DNA from: Blastocladiella emersonii ATCC 22665
Taxonomy: Eukaryota > Fungi > Blastocladiomycota
Assembly (NCBI GenBank): GCA_025594325.1
Contig: JANHCV010000008.1
Coordinates: 1,054,001 to 1,118,000, forward strand
Reading direction: 5' to 3'
DNA length: 64,000 bases
Below, piece by piece: positions 44,545 through 55,587 of the stretch. The notes beneath the pieces were generated by a model. The model did not search any database. It worked only from the letters and a program-made list of their open reading frames with translations, and had not been told where the DNA came from. The position numbers and the translations under genes are program-made. Within the stretch, counting starts at the first letter, position 1. The number at the start of each line of letters is the position of its first letter.

Positions 44545-44930
44545 TCATAATGCTGACTGGTTCCGGCGCGAGGAGCAGGTGCAGTACTTGACGCGCAGCG
44601 CGTGTTCATCAAACCACGAGGAAAGCGCGTACTTGACGGTCTCAGCACAGTTGAAGCCCGCGTTGAAGTAGGTGTGGCAAGCGCCCGAGAACACCATCTA
44701 TGCGGAATGCGTCAGCGATCAGCATGAGGGACAGATAGCGAGCATCGCGAGCAACGCACCACAAAGTCGCCCGGGTTCTGCACGATGCAGCGCACGTCAA
44801 TGCCGGCGGCCTTGAGTGCATACGGGTTGACTAGCAGCGTATTGCACTCATCCTCGTGGTCGGCAAACCCAACCCAATCGCGCGCGAGCTGCTCGACCTT
44901 GGCCGCACCTTCCGACTGACGTTGCATGCG
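44545..44930 (-). pseudogene. JmjC histone-demethylase (KDM4/JMJD2-like) C-terminal fragment, with intron 44698-44759
   Basis: Spliced reading: AAKVEQLARDW..LVNPYALKAAGIDVRCIVQNPGDFV|MVFSGACHTYFNAGFNCAETVKYALSSW..YCTC, matching the KDM4 pattern QEAGEF..YHAGFNHGFNCAESTNFA..W..CSC. The N-terminal half is absent. Confidence 0.8.
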
Positions 44931-45746
44931 CTAAGGTCGCATGGAGTCACCAGCGATGACTTTGCCAGGTACCGCAAGGGCGAGTTTGGCGAGGAATCGA
45001 CCGGTTCCGCCGCTTCGTCAAGCGCTGCCATCCAAAACCTGGGCAATACTTCAGCTGTCGCGCCTCTCGCGGCCAATTTGCTTCATGACTGCACCGCCGC
45101 GTTATCTCATCCGCTCATTAAGCTTGCGTTGCACGCTGATCCTGCTTCCGCCGTGCCCGACTCGTACGCGGTGCCCAACCAACTGCTCTCACCTGTCCGC
45201 GAAGAGCGAGATGTCGTTAATGCTGGCAGATCACACCTTGATTGGATTCCCGAGCCGGCGCGATCGCAAGGGCACGCGCTCGACGTGTAAATGACGGTCA
45301 CGGCCGAGCTACTTCTCGGCCGCGCCGTCGATCGCGTGTGGCGGTTCGGCCAGGCGCCCACGGCCGCCGAGCAGCTCGTATACCTGCTCCTTCGGTGGAT
45401 CCACGCTGTCAACCCAGCGATCCGCCAACACGTTGAGCGCGCCCAGTTCCAGCACCCGACGCGCGGTACCGTGCCTCGCAAGTATCGGGTCATCGACCCT
45501 GCCTTCTACGCGTACTATGTGGTCCGCACCGCGGGGCCCGTTCGCGTCTCCCTCAACTGCCTGTTGCGCGCTGCCGAGGACGGGTTGCCTGAAATTCTCG
45601 AGACGCCGCCGCTCGTTGCAGTTCTCGGAGCGAACGAAGGCAAGTTGATGCTGTGGATGTCGTTTAGGCGGAGCGAGCTCCTCGAGATTTTCAACCGGTT
45701 TGGGTTCCGCAACCGCGCTGTTGCACCAAAGGCGGCGCGAGTTTGA
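44905..45746 (+). pseudogene. Partial duplicate of the C-terminal domain of 40608-43836, with TAC(Tyr)->TAA at 45288-45290
   Basis: LDV*MTVTAELLLGRAVDRVWRFG..GFRNRA versus parent LDVYMTDTGELLLGRAVDRVWRFG..GFRNRA. Confidence 0.85.
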
Positions 45747-46071
45747 AGATACGACCTGTGAATGTGTACAGTGTGAATTCGAAGAATGGCGCCGTGAAGA
45801 GATCTCGTTTGAGCAAGATGGCGGCCATCAACTATTCAAAATTCATGTCAGCCTAGTTTGCGCGACGGACAAGCGGAAATGAACTCGGGCAAACATGCTG
45901 CAAGGTCGGCTGCGATCGTGAATTTTATAGGCAATTCTCGGCGCGGGAAAAATAATCCAGTGTCTCGCGACGGGCAGCAAAAGGGCCCCGGGTCCCTCCC
46001 CTCAGTAGGATTCGAACACCGACGACCTACGAGCTCGTCCGCCCAAACCCCGACCACCACATGCCGGTGCT

Positions 46072-46141
46072 CGGTGACCCTGTAGCACATCATATCGCCG
46101 CACAGCCGGTGACCCTGTAGCACATCATATCGCCGCACAGC
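46072..46141. repeat. Exact 35-bp tandem duplication
   Basis: CGGTGACCCTGTAGCACATCATATCGCCGCACAGC occurs twice. Confidence 0.95.
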
Positions 46142-46339
46142 GACGCCAAACCCACGGAATTGTTTATTGAGATGAGCAACACCAACAGTCGGCGACGCGA
46201 CCAAGCGAGCGAACTGGGCGAGACGCGTCGAAGTATCATGTGACCGGCCGCCGCCACACCGACCGTCGTGCGCGTTCGGCCGGCGGCTTCGCCCCACAAC
46301 GGTTATCCCCCCGACCCGCGCAAGAACCGGAGCAGCACA

Positions 46340-47989
46340 ATGCAAACTTCATGCAACATGTGCATGGCGATGCACGTCCCTGAAATCATCGAGCGGATTC
46401 TTGTTTATGTGATCCGAGGGCACGACCCCGCCGACGTGGATGGCCTCCTTCAATATGCGCGTGTTGTGCCTCGAGCCCTGGCCCCTCGCATCGATTCCAC
46501 TCTTCTGCAACACGCGTCGCATCTCTCGCTTGATAATGCAACAGCGCGTGGCGACATCCGCGTCCTTGAAAGGTGGGCCTCGGTTGGCCTCCCTCTCAGT
46601 TGCTCGCTTGATGCGCTGGGGACAGCGATTGACGGACTTGATCTTCAAGTGCTCGAATGGTGGCGGACGAAACGCGTCCTCAACCTGGATCAGGTCAAGG
46701 CGTGGCTGGACGAGCGCGAGGCCGATCCAGACGCACACGTTGCGCTTGGGGTCCAACCTTTCGACCACGACGGGCCGTTTGCTGTAGACGAGGTCATCGA
46801 CGACTTGTGCGCTCGAATCGGGCGCGGCGAAATCGAAAACCTCAACGTCGAGCCACGGCCCCTTTCCATGGCTGGAATTGCTACGCTCAATGATGCAATG
46901 GCGGGTAGTCCACGAGCACTTGACACTTTCACCATTGACGGCTGCACAATCGACCTTCCTCGAATTTTGGCGTTCCAGCTGCCCTTGACACTGGGTTCGG
47001 TCCACTTTGCAGGCTTCTTCTGGTTTGGGAGCCTTCCCACGTCGAGCGCCGACTTGCCAGTAATGAAGTGGCCTCAACGCCTTCAGTCGCTGAGCTTTAG
47101 TGCTGCTAATCTTTCGGTTGCGGCGCCCTACATCTTCCACGAACTTCCAGCGAGTCTTCGGACCCTGACCCTCAAGCACTGCTCCCTTGACAGCACTGCA
47201 ATTCTTGCACTTGGTCGAGTTCTTCCCGAATCGCTCGAGCGACTTGAGCTATTACTTACTTCGATACCGAGGGTTTGTTTCGAATCTCTCGTGTCGCTCC
47301 TCCCCCAGTCGCTCCAGCAACTCGTCGTAGGGCAACTGATCGACGACCGCCATCACTCACCAAAAGTAACCGTCCGCGCGGTACCATTGGTAACGGTGCC
47401 TTAGGCACTTCCTCTGCAGCTCGCCCAGCTCATCATTCACGGGCCAAAGCTCACTGTCAATGTGGCCAATTCGTTTGGCACAGCACTCGCCTCCTCGCTC
47501 TATACCTTGATGCTCACGTTCGATCCAGTGGACGAGAACGCACTCCCTTCTTTCATTCGTATGCTTCCACCACAGCTTGTTGTGCTTGGCATCCACGTTG
47601 GCAACATTTTCTCCCACCCACAATAATTTGGGCTGATCAGGACCCTCCCGCGCTAATTAACTTCCCTCAATCTAGCCGGCTGTAAACTTGACTACGCCGC
47701 TGTTCAGGGATTAGCTCAGCACATGCCACCTGCTTTTCAATCCCTCTATCTCAACGGTACTCGCCTCGAGGATGTCGCTGTGTCGATTCTCGCGCCGCGG
47801 CTTCCGACCACTCTCCAAGACTTGTATCTGGGATTGAATAGGATCACAGATGCCGGCGCGCTTGTCCTAGCCAAGAACTTGCCCCGGTCTTTTGTGCTCG
47901 CCAACTTGGTTGGTACTGGCGTCACCGACACTGGTTTTGCAGCGTTTGAAGCTGCAGTTACTACTCCAATTCTCATCATTTGCTGGTAG
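46340..47989 (+). pseudogene. LRR-3 of the F-box-like/ankyrin-like/LRR family, with three in-frame stops (TAG 47402, TAA 47624, TAA 47654)
   Basis: N-terminus MHVPEIIERILVYVIR..QYARVVPR..ARGDIRVL..VLEWW. LRRs continue in one frame through all three stops (LPR*LTSLNLAGC) to TAG at 47989. Confidence 0.8.
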
Positions 47990-48589
47990 AGCGCTGTATT
48001 TATAGCTCATCGCGATTGTTGAAATCATATGATAAATACAAAGGTTTACGAGTCTCACACTGGTTGCCTTACAGTTGGTCGGCTCTACGATCATAGGACC
48101 CTCCCGCGCTCGCCTCGACTTGTGTCCAAGATGTCTTCCATATCGCTATGGCTGTCTGTTGTGACCTTCAAGATGCTCTTACGCCTCCATATTCCGGCTA
48201 TTTTGACACTTGGACACGACTCGCTGTCACGTCCGTGGACGCTGGCTGTTGCAAACGGGTTTACCAAGAGACTTCTCAGCGCGCCTTGTGGCTTCCCCGG
48301 GCCCGGCACACACTCTTGCGACTCTGGCCCTCTTATAGGTGTGTCCCAGTCAAGACCGGTTAAGGTTCGTTCCTTAAGGATCGCCTTGGCAGCTTCGCGG
48401 AATGCTTAGTAGACTTTTCGCGGTGGCGCGATGCGCTCCTCATTTGAGAGCAGCCGTACTGGGCCATAGCCTAACTTGCGTCGCAATTTCGCCCTGCTCA
48501 AGCTTCATCGAATCGCCCTTCTCTAACGCAAAGTATACAAAGATTAATACATGTTAAGCGATGGATCGCGAGTCAAAACTCCTGGCAAC

Positions 48590-49150
48590 TCACTGAACCT
48601 CCACAATCCGGTCATCGGCATCCGCGCCGGTCTCTTGCGCTGCTCCTCCACGGGTCGCGTCAGTAGTAGTGGGCGGCGTGATCGGAACGCGATACTGCGT
48701 GCCATGAGCGGGATACGTGGGCAGGATGAAGAGTCGATGAAAGTGTTTCTGGGACAGGGCGAAGAACTCGGGATCAAACTCGTTGTCGCAACTGTCCACA
48801 ATCCGCTCGGGCGACGAGTAGTACGCGAGCTGGAGCCACTGGCTCACACACTTCATGTATACTCGAAGGGGTCCCAAATGCAAGCCCGGAACGCTGCGCT
48901 GCGGGGGTCGCGCGGACGGAAAAAGTCCATGAACCGCTCGAAGAAAGTCACATTTTCCGCTTCCGGCCTGGGGTCGAAGCGCACGATATGACCCACGATT
49001 GGGTGCATCATAAAGTACGCATCAAGCACCGGCGTGTGTGCGCGCGACGCGTCAGGTGGCGGAATGACGGACATGCGGCAAAGAATGAGCACGACCATGT
49101 TTCGCGTCGCTTTGTAGCAGTGAAGAGCTCGAGGACACGCGCGCCGCAAG
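48590..49150 (-). pseudogene. Hypothetical protein fragment with a frameshift near 48880
   Basis: Coding-like pieces AYFMMHPIVGHIVRFDP..FERFMDFF and LRVYMKCVSQWLQLAYYSSPERIVD..FFALSQKHFHRLFILP; no family recognised. Confidence 0.3.
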
Positions 49151-49242
49151 CATAGGCGCGGAAGATATAGCTGAAGCGTACTCGACTGGGAGGAAGCTCG
49201 GCACGATTAACGCGCGATCTTGGCGAAGAATAAGAACGAGGC

Positions 49243-49318
49243 GGTGAAGAGGTTCACGATAGGAGACGGTGAAGAGGTTCACAAGAGGAGACGTTGAGGA
49301 GGTTCACGAGAGGACAAC
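49243..49318. repeat. About 25-bp tandem repeat, 3 degenerate units
   Basis: GGTGAAGAGGTTCACGATAGGAGAC / GGTGAAGAGGTTCACAAGAGGAGAC / GTTGAGGAGGTTCACGAGAGGACAAC. Confidence 0.85.
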
Positions 49319-49449
49319 GGGCTGTATATGATGGCTAATACTAGCAACTGGTCAAACGAGCTCACTCAAACTCCATGCAAACGATTGAAGAATGAACACA
49401 TACACGATATTCATGTTTGAGAAAAGCTACACGCCGACGCGACCGATAC

Positions 49450-50400
49450 TTTAGGCCGAGTCGTTGGGGTGAGCACGCTTGGCGGCCAGCTTGCGGTCGG
49501 CGTCCGTCGACTGCTCCTCCTCGGCCGAGCGCTTGCAATGGCGACCTATCGTGATTCGTCGTTCGTTGGTTAGCACATGGTCCGCTACTCGTTTCGACAC
49601 GACCACACAAGAAGACCGTAACCAGAACGCGGATCTCCGAGTCGCCGTGATGCACAGGAGAGACGACGTGCGCCGGCCCGGCGATGCGCTGGATGTTCTC
49701 GGCCGCGACGATGATGACGGCCGTGTCCTCGGTCTCCTGCGCAATCTGGTCGTAGAAGTACGTGGTCATGGGACCCGAGATCATGAGCTCCTCGCCGTCG
49801 ACCAGCCACAGCTGGATGTGGTCGCCCGCGCTGCGCGTGATCCTAGATGTGTGGTCGTTAGTTGCTGATTTCTTCGAGGACGCGCATGATCACTGCGAGG
49901 GCCGTTGAAAAAACGTACTTGAACTTGTGCGCAATGACGCAGATGGTGAGCGGGTCGTAGGCGAGCGAGCCTGCGCGCTGCGGCGACAGCACGTTGTTGA
50001 GCACGACGCCGCGGAGGTCGGGGTCGGGGAAGGTGAGGGGCCGTGGCCGGCGCGGTAAAAGCCCTCGACGTGGATCGTGACGGGCTCGTAGAGCGGGAGC
50101 GGCTTGGTGGCGAACCTGAAGTTGGACACCTCGCAGTAGACAAGGCCGTCGGCCTTGTACGAGACGAGCGGCACGCCGTGCACGATGATCCAGCAGTTGG
50201 TCTTAGACGTCTGTCGATGGATGATGAGCGTGAAGCGCACGTGTCGGACGGGTGTGTTGGGGGTGATTGAACCGGCTCAGTGTCAGCGAGCAGACTCCAA
50301 CTCACGAGAGGGAGGCGAGTTTCGAAGAACAGCGCCTGAATCCGCAAGGTGTGGTGGATCAATCGCTAAGCGTAAAATGGTCTCGCGAAGCAGCTCGCAG
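49450..50400 (-). CDS. Probable tandem OB-fold (RPA70-like) protein, multi-exon, one homopolymer frameshift near 50040
   Basis: ADGLVYCEVSNFRF..PLYEPV resembles RPA DBD-A (EG..Y.I.NF.V..YRP). ICVIAHK..HIQLWLVD..ISGPMTTYF..VIIVAAENIQRIAG resembles DBD-B. Clear intron 49843-49918 with an ACTAAC branch point. Boundaries approximate. Confidence 0.45.
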
Positions 50401-52315
50401 CATGGAAGAGACCGCGGGAAGGGCTGGACGTGGCTCGGCGAACTGTAGGACCTGGACTACGAGCTCGGCAGGTAAATTCGCAAGGCAGGAGGTGTATTGA
50501 TCCATGGTGTTCTGTTGCATAAAGGTCTTTCATGATGGCGGGCATTTGTGAGTGCGGGCTTGGGAGCAAAAGACCGTGAGCCGGCGCGGCCGCAACGCGC
50601 AGCGCGGCTGATGCAATCCAATCACCTGACCACGTGATTTGATCGACGCGTCCGGAACTTGGCGCGAAGCTGTTTTCGCGTATTTGTCGCCTCCTGCTTC
50701 AATGCACGCGTTCGGCGCCGACGGCTGTCGGTCTCATCTTGAGATGACCGCGGCGGATATAGTGCAACGCGGACCGATGAAAATCGCGGCGGGTTGTAGG
50801 CAAGTTAAGCGCTACATAACCTCGCGGCGTCTGGGCGCGTGTTCGATTCCGATTGAACGCGTGGCCTTGGGCGCCCTTAACGTGGGTACAGGAGCTTCTC
50901 CCGACTAGTTGCTTTTTTACATGTTTTGAAGCGCAAGCGGCGTTCGCTCGATTCGGCGGCGAAAACACGCGTTTCTCGAGCGGGACGCAGTGCGCGTCAC
51001 AACGGGGGTGGTCTCAGGTGCGTGTGCTGCGCAACGTGGGCACGCGTCGCCCAATGTGAGTGTGGGTGGCAGTGGGAGACGAGATGTGAGGGACCGCGAC
51101 GGTCGGCTGACCACTCGCTAGCTGGAAATCGTTCTGAGATGTGCTGGTAAGCGAGAGTTTATGAAGATAACAGAGGATGGAGAGGAAGGGCAACAGAACA
51201 GGGCAAGAAGAAGCGGGGATGAACCACACACCTGAGATGTCCTGGTAAGCGAGAGTAAGGAGCATCTCCTGGTGTGGGAGCGAGAGCTGTTTGGCCAGCG
51301 ACCGTTCAGGGGAGCTGGATCGTCGGTTGAAGCGAGCTGGACCGCGTGGGTCAGAAGCGGAGCTGAAACCGATCACGCGACCGAAACCATTTGCACGCGG
51401 TCGGCGAAGCGCCGCGTACCAGCAGCGGATAACTTGTCGCTCGGTGAGGCGAGGCGGTTAGCGGCGATGACGAAAGGAGATCGGTGCGATGCGCGTGCCT
51501 CGCATGTCGCCGTCGGGAGCGAGATGCGAAGTCGCGTGTGTCAAGTGGTAGCGGCCGAATCGAGGCGGGTCATGTGCACTTGAACTGCTTCTCGATCACG
51601 CAGTTCCCGTGCGTCATGGCGAAAAGCGCGGTGGGTATGAGCAGCCGTCAGCTTTCTTGCTCCAAAGCACGCTCCTGCTACTCACAATCAATCAGCTCAC
51701 CCACTTTTGAATGAAGCATTGAGAGCGCGGGGATTGCTCAGAGTCGAGTGGTAGTACAGCGGGGACGGAGCTCGCGTTTGTGTGAAGGACGAGGACCTCG
51801 GCGCCGGCCACGACTGCGCGTCCACGAACCGGGCGTCGACAAATCCTGAGGATGGTGAACACGAATGCCAGCGGAACGATCTGGATGGAGACCGCGGACA
51901 GACCCGAGCAGCCGATGCGACGACGGACGAGACGAGAGGCAGAGCAACGGAGGGGTGCTCTCCATCTCGGGGTGCGGGCGGCGGGCGGCTTAAATCGAGC
52001 CGTGGACGAGGTCCGAGCCGAGGCGAGCGGATTCGGAGGAAGCGGAGGTGATGGAAGGCGATAGAAGTCGGCGGTTTCGGGACTTCGGGAGAAGCGGAGC
52101 GGGTGGCGTCGAGCGCCGAGATGATCGTCGCGGGCTCACGTGACCGGTGCGAGACATTTTGACGCGAGTGGCACGCGTGGAGACAGGGAGCGAGCCACCA
52201 ACTCACAGCAACGGCCGAGAGTCAAAAAATAAATCTCGTTGATCATTTGGAGCAAAGAAACCCATAAAAAAAACACCGTATCAAACCCCTGCTCGTTGAC
52301 GTGCGTGCGGGTGAT

Positions 52316-53749
52316 CTAGTGGTGCGGGCGGTCGCGGCCCTCGCGAGCCCCAGACACCGCCCTGATCTCGGCCGCGCAGCCCTGGTACACGTTTTCCACG
52401 GCGGAGGCAGCAGAGTCGTCGTCCCTCTCGTCCAGGTACTCGGTATGAATGAACATGGAGGGCGGGGCTCTATAAAGGACCTGCTTCAGCTTGTCAGAGA
52501 GCTCCGACTCGTGGACCGTCACCTTCAACTGATTAATGGATGTTGGAAGGTTCTCAAGGAAGGCGTCCCAGTCCGAGAACGTGTCGCGAATGTCGAGAAT
52601 CGCGAGCTGCGGCGGGCACTTGCTGAGGAGCAAGGTCAGCGACTGGGTGTTCAGCTTATAGTTGCAGCTGAGATTGAGCGAGCAGAGAGTGTCGGGAAAG
52701 CTATGCGCAAGGGCCAAGAAGCCATCGGAATCAAGATTGCATTTGGACATGTCCAGAAGCGTCAGCCCCGGCGGCATGTTCGCGGCAAGCGCGCGAGCGC
52801 CCGCAGGGCCTATGGTAATATTGTCCAAGACGAGGCTGCGCAGTCCACGCGGAAGATGCGGGAATAGAGCCTCGGCGCGGGCATCAGCAAGCTTCGATTG
52901 CGAAAGCGTAAGGGAAACAAGCGAGGGCGGGAGTAGCTGGCCCAGAATCGAAAGCCCTGCAGCATGCAGGTCGAGGTGTTCGAGGTGGAGGTGCTCGAGA
53001 GTCGGGGGCAAGCGAGCAACAATGGTGTTGACCCCAAACGAGGTCAGGTTTGCGAAATAGTGACGGTTCAGTTGGCCGTTCTTGATCTGGAACCGCTGCA
53101 GCGTTTGCGGAACATTCTTGAGGAGACGGTCAAGTGCACCAACATCGCATGCGTCCGTGAAAACGGTCAGGCTGGTGAGGCGAGCCGGGAGCCAGTCCGC
53201 GGGAACGAGCGAGTCTGGACCGCGGAATAAGAGCGCCGAGTCGATCACGAGGCTGGTCACGGAATCGGGGAGTCGGCGGAACGCACGAAACATGCCTGCC
53301 GCAGCGGGGTAGCTCAGGGTGAGTGAATTGACGCACTGGTGGGGGGAATGGAAAGCTCGAGCGAAGGCGTTGAGCGCGTCAAGAGTATACTCGGTGTAGC
53401 CCCTCTGAAGCACAACTGCCTCGGTTTTACCAAGTGAGATCGAAAGTGTCTCCTGCGCAAGGCCGTAGTCGGGCGACTCGTACATGTCGTTGTAACCGGG
53501 ATAAGGCGCAGGTACTTTGGGTTGCGGATCACGAGCGGCTGGATCGTCAAGCGGAAGCTTTGATTCGCGAAGCCAAAGAAAGACGCCAGCGTGACCGTTG
53601 TCGTGAGCAAGCTTGAGGCAGCTCACGGGGAGCGCGGCGAGTCGGCCAGCGAGGTGCCGTTCGCGCAACGTGTCCACGTCACCGCGCGCAAATAAGGCAT
53701 CAAGTTCGCCTTGGTCCGTTGCAGCAAGTTTTGTGTCCATGAGATGCAT
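52316..53749 (-). CDS. LRR-4: ankyrin-like N-terminus + RNI-type LRRs, intact
   Basis: LFARGDVDTL..AHDNGHAGVFLWL, then repeated LPxxLxxLxL units (LPPTLEHLHL, LPPSLVSLTL, LPRGLRSLVL, MPPGLTLLDM). Confidence 0.85.
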   Translation of the reverse strand: MHLMDTKLAATDQGELDALFARGDVDTLRERHLAGRLAALPVSCLKLAHDNGHAGVFLWLRESKLPLDDPAARDPQPKVPAPYPGYNDMYESPDYGLAQETLSISLGKTEAVVLQRGYTEYTLDALNAFARAFHSPHQCVNSLTLSYPAAAGMFRAFRRLPDSVTSLVIDSALLFRGPDSLVPADWLPARLTSLTVFTDACDVGALDRLLKNVPQTLQRFQIKNGQLNRHYFANLTSFGVNTIVARLPPTLEHLHLEHLDLHAAGLSILGQLLPPSLVSLTLSQSKLADARAEALFPHLPRGLRSLVLDNITIGPAGARALAANMPPGLTLLDMSKCNLDSDGFLALAHSFPDTLCSLNLSCNYKLNTQSLTLLLSKCPPQLAILDIRDTFSDWDAFLENLPTSINQLKVTVHESELSDKLKQVLYRAPPSMFIHTEYLDERDDDSAASAVENVYQGCAAEIRAVSGAREGRDRPHH

Positions 53750-53988
53750 GAGTAGGGATGGATTGGTGGTCGAGGGAGGAGAGAGTTTGCTTGCCGCAGG
53801 CAGTTCCCTTGCCGCAGGACGACCACGTCGTTTCCACGCATCCCGTGACGTGCACGTCACGCGCGTCAACGTCGCGCCGGATGTGCCGTTCGCGACTTCC
53901 CGTTTCCTCACGTAATACGCGGACCCGAGCAAGCTGCGCAACACGATGCGCTCCGCACTTTGACAATGGGATCGAGCTTGATGCTATA

Positions 53989-55587
53989 TTATTGATATAC
54001 ACACAGCTCATGCAACTTGGCCCATAGCGGGACCAACCTTGACTTGAGCATGGCCCGAGGCATGTCCGAGAACGCGGTGAGATACAGCGCCGTGTAATGA
54101 AGGGGCTCGTTATCCACGGATGAAGATGAGGAGCGGTAAAGCATGGTGCGATTGGCGAATCCCGCGTATTCCTTGCACAGCGCTGTCAGAGTTTCGTATG
54201 ACGTGCTTTTCATTTTGTCGCGGGGCGGACATCTTCGCATCATCTTGAACCCTTGAAGCACCGAGTTGGCAATCCGCACCACGTCGGCGCATTTCAGACA
54301 ATCCAGGAGCGAGTGGCCGTGTGACCAGGGTGCAAGTGGGACAAACCGAGAGCAGTAGGTGCATGGCTTGCGCGATGCGAGCGCCATGAGCGGGTCACCG
54401 ACATCGTCCAAAAGGCGTGGGTAGTCTCGGTTTGATGTCCGGCTTTGCCGACCAGAAGAAGCTCGTGATTTTGAAGCCGAGCGCGGGCGAGAGCGAGAGC
54501 GGGCGCGTGAAGGAGAGCGAGAGCGAGCGCGTGAAGGAGATCGAGCGCGAGCGCGAGCGCGTGAAGGAGATCGAGCGCGAGCGCGAGCACGTGAAAGAGA
54601 TCGAGCGCGAGCGCGTGAACGAGAAGTACTGCGAGAAAGTCTTGACTGTGATCGAGAAGATTGCGGCGGAGCGAGGGGCGATCCAACGGTCTTTGGTTCT
54701 TGCCCATAGCGGTCCTGCATCCCCACGAGACCGTCGGCGGCAGGAATTCTAGGATTTCCCAAGTACTCCTTAATATCGATGATCGAAATGCTCTCGCTGC
54801 GCGCCATCTTGAGCACCTTTGGGCTCCTGGACTCGGGCAGGACAGACAATTTCTTGAGGTAAATCTCCTTGATGTAGGAACACCCAACGAGCGCTTGGGC
54901 GTTGCCTGATTGCTTCAGTCCGCTGCGAAACCGGATGTCGAATTCATCTAAGCTCTGTCCTGGCTGCGGCACCAAGTCGATCCATCGCCCAATCCATGTC
55001 AGCGGGCGAGCGCTTTCCTGGACAATGCATTTGAATGCCTTGGCGGTGGCAAGGTCGTTCGAGCTTTTTGGGTGAAGTACAAGCGCACAGGTCAGGTAGA
55101 TGTCATGCGGCATGTTCTCGCGCGATGCGAGAATAAGCCTGGTGAGAGGGACCTTGGGAAGCAGTGACCGAAGCGCGGAAATAAATTCGTCTGCTGAATC
55201 AACTGACATTTGACCTGGACGGCTGGGCAGCCGGAGCAAGGGTCCATCGCATTGAATGGTCTGCTCAAGCGACAAGCTTTTGGTACTTGTACATAAATAG
55301 AGCGTTTCGGGTCCGGTTTCGGCGGGGAGCTGCTTGGGAGACTTTGGAACGCAGAGGTCCATTGGCGCGGCGGCAAGGCCAGAGCTGACAACCGACTCGT
55401 TTCCCAGCCGGCTACTAAGCGCAAATCGTACTGAGAGCAGGCGCGAGTTGATCTGAGCAAAGAGGCCGGCCGGCGAAAGCTGGGCAGAGTCCCGCAGCGC
55501 GGTCGGCAAGTCGCCCGTGCTGCCTCGTTGGTCATAAGAGAAAGTTGGCATGGGCCTGATTTCATTGCATGGAGTCATGGGCTTCAT
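53989..55587 (-). CDS. Gag-like protein 3, distant paralog with an RS/RA-repeat insertion
   Basis: Core SADEFISALRSLLPKVPL..WIGRWI..PQPGQSLDEFDIRF, knuckle CTYC-x12-H-SLLD-C, and C-terminal helix PR..LWAKL.EL as in paralogs 1 and 2. Confidence 0.55.
   Translation of the reverse strand: MKPMTPCNEIRPMPTFSYDQRGSTGDLPTALRDSAQLSPAGLFAQINSRLLSVRFALSSRLGNESVVSSGLAAAPMDLCVPKSPKQLPAETGPETLYLCTSTKSLSLEQTIQCDGPLLRLPSRPGQMSVDSADEFISALRSLLPKVPLTRLILASRENMPHDIYLTCALVLHPKSSNDLATAKAFKCIVQESARPLTWIGRWIDLVPQPGQSLDEFDIRFRSGLKQSGNAQALVGCSYIKEIYLKKLSVLPESRSPKVLKMARSESISIIDIKEYLGNPRIPAADGLVGMQDRYGQEPKTVGSPLAPPQSSRSQSRLSRSTSRSRARARSLSRARARARSPSRARARARSPSRARSRSPSRARSRSRPRSASKSRASSGRQSRTSNRDYPRLLDDVGDPLMALASRKPCTYCSRFVPLAPWSHGHSLLDCLKCADVVRIANSVLQGFKMMRRCPPRDKMKSTSYETLTALCKEYAGFANRTMLYRSSSSSVDNEPLHYTALYLTAFSDMPRAMLKSRLVPLWAKLHELCVYQ
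54478..54620 (-). repeat. Coding tandem repeat (about 30 bp units) encoding SRARARARSP/RS repeats
   Basis: The plus strand shows repeated GAGCGCGAGCGCGTGAAGGAGATC. Confidence 0.9.

Noticed and set aside
4591-47656. Genome-wide TAA/TAG=Gln genetic code
   Set aside because: The TAA at 45288 aligns to Tyr (TAC) in its paralog. Intact-looking genes end in TAG/TAA (710, 2474, 7239, 40256, 52316). The long GC-rich genes contain no internal TAR. Kept only as a mutation-bias question.
50950-52300. Protein-coding gene in 51-52.3 kb
   Set aside because: Only short ORFs without codon bias or motifs. A 25-bp direct repeat (about 51135 and 51232) was noted but is not interpretable.
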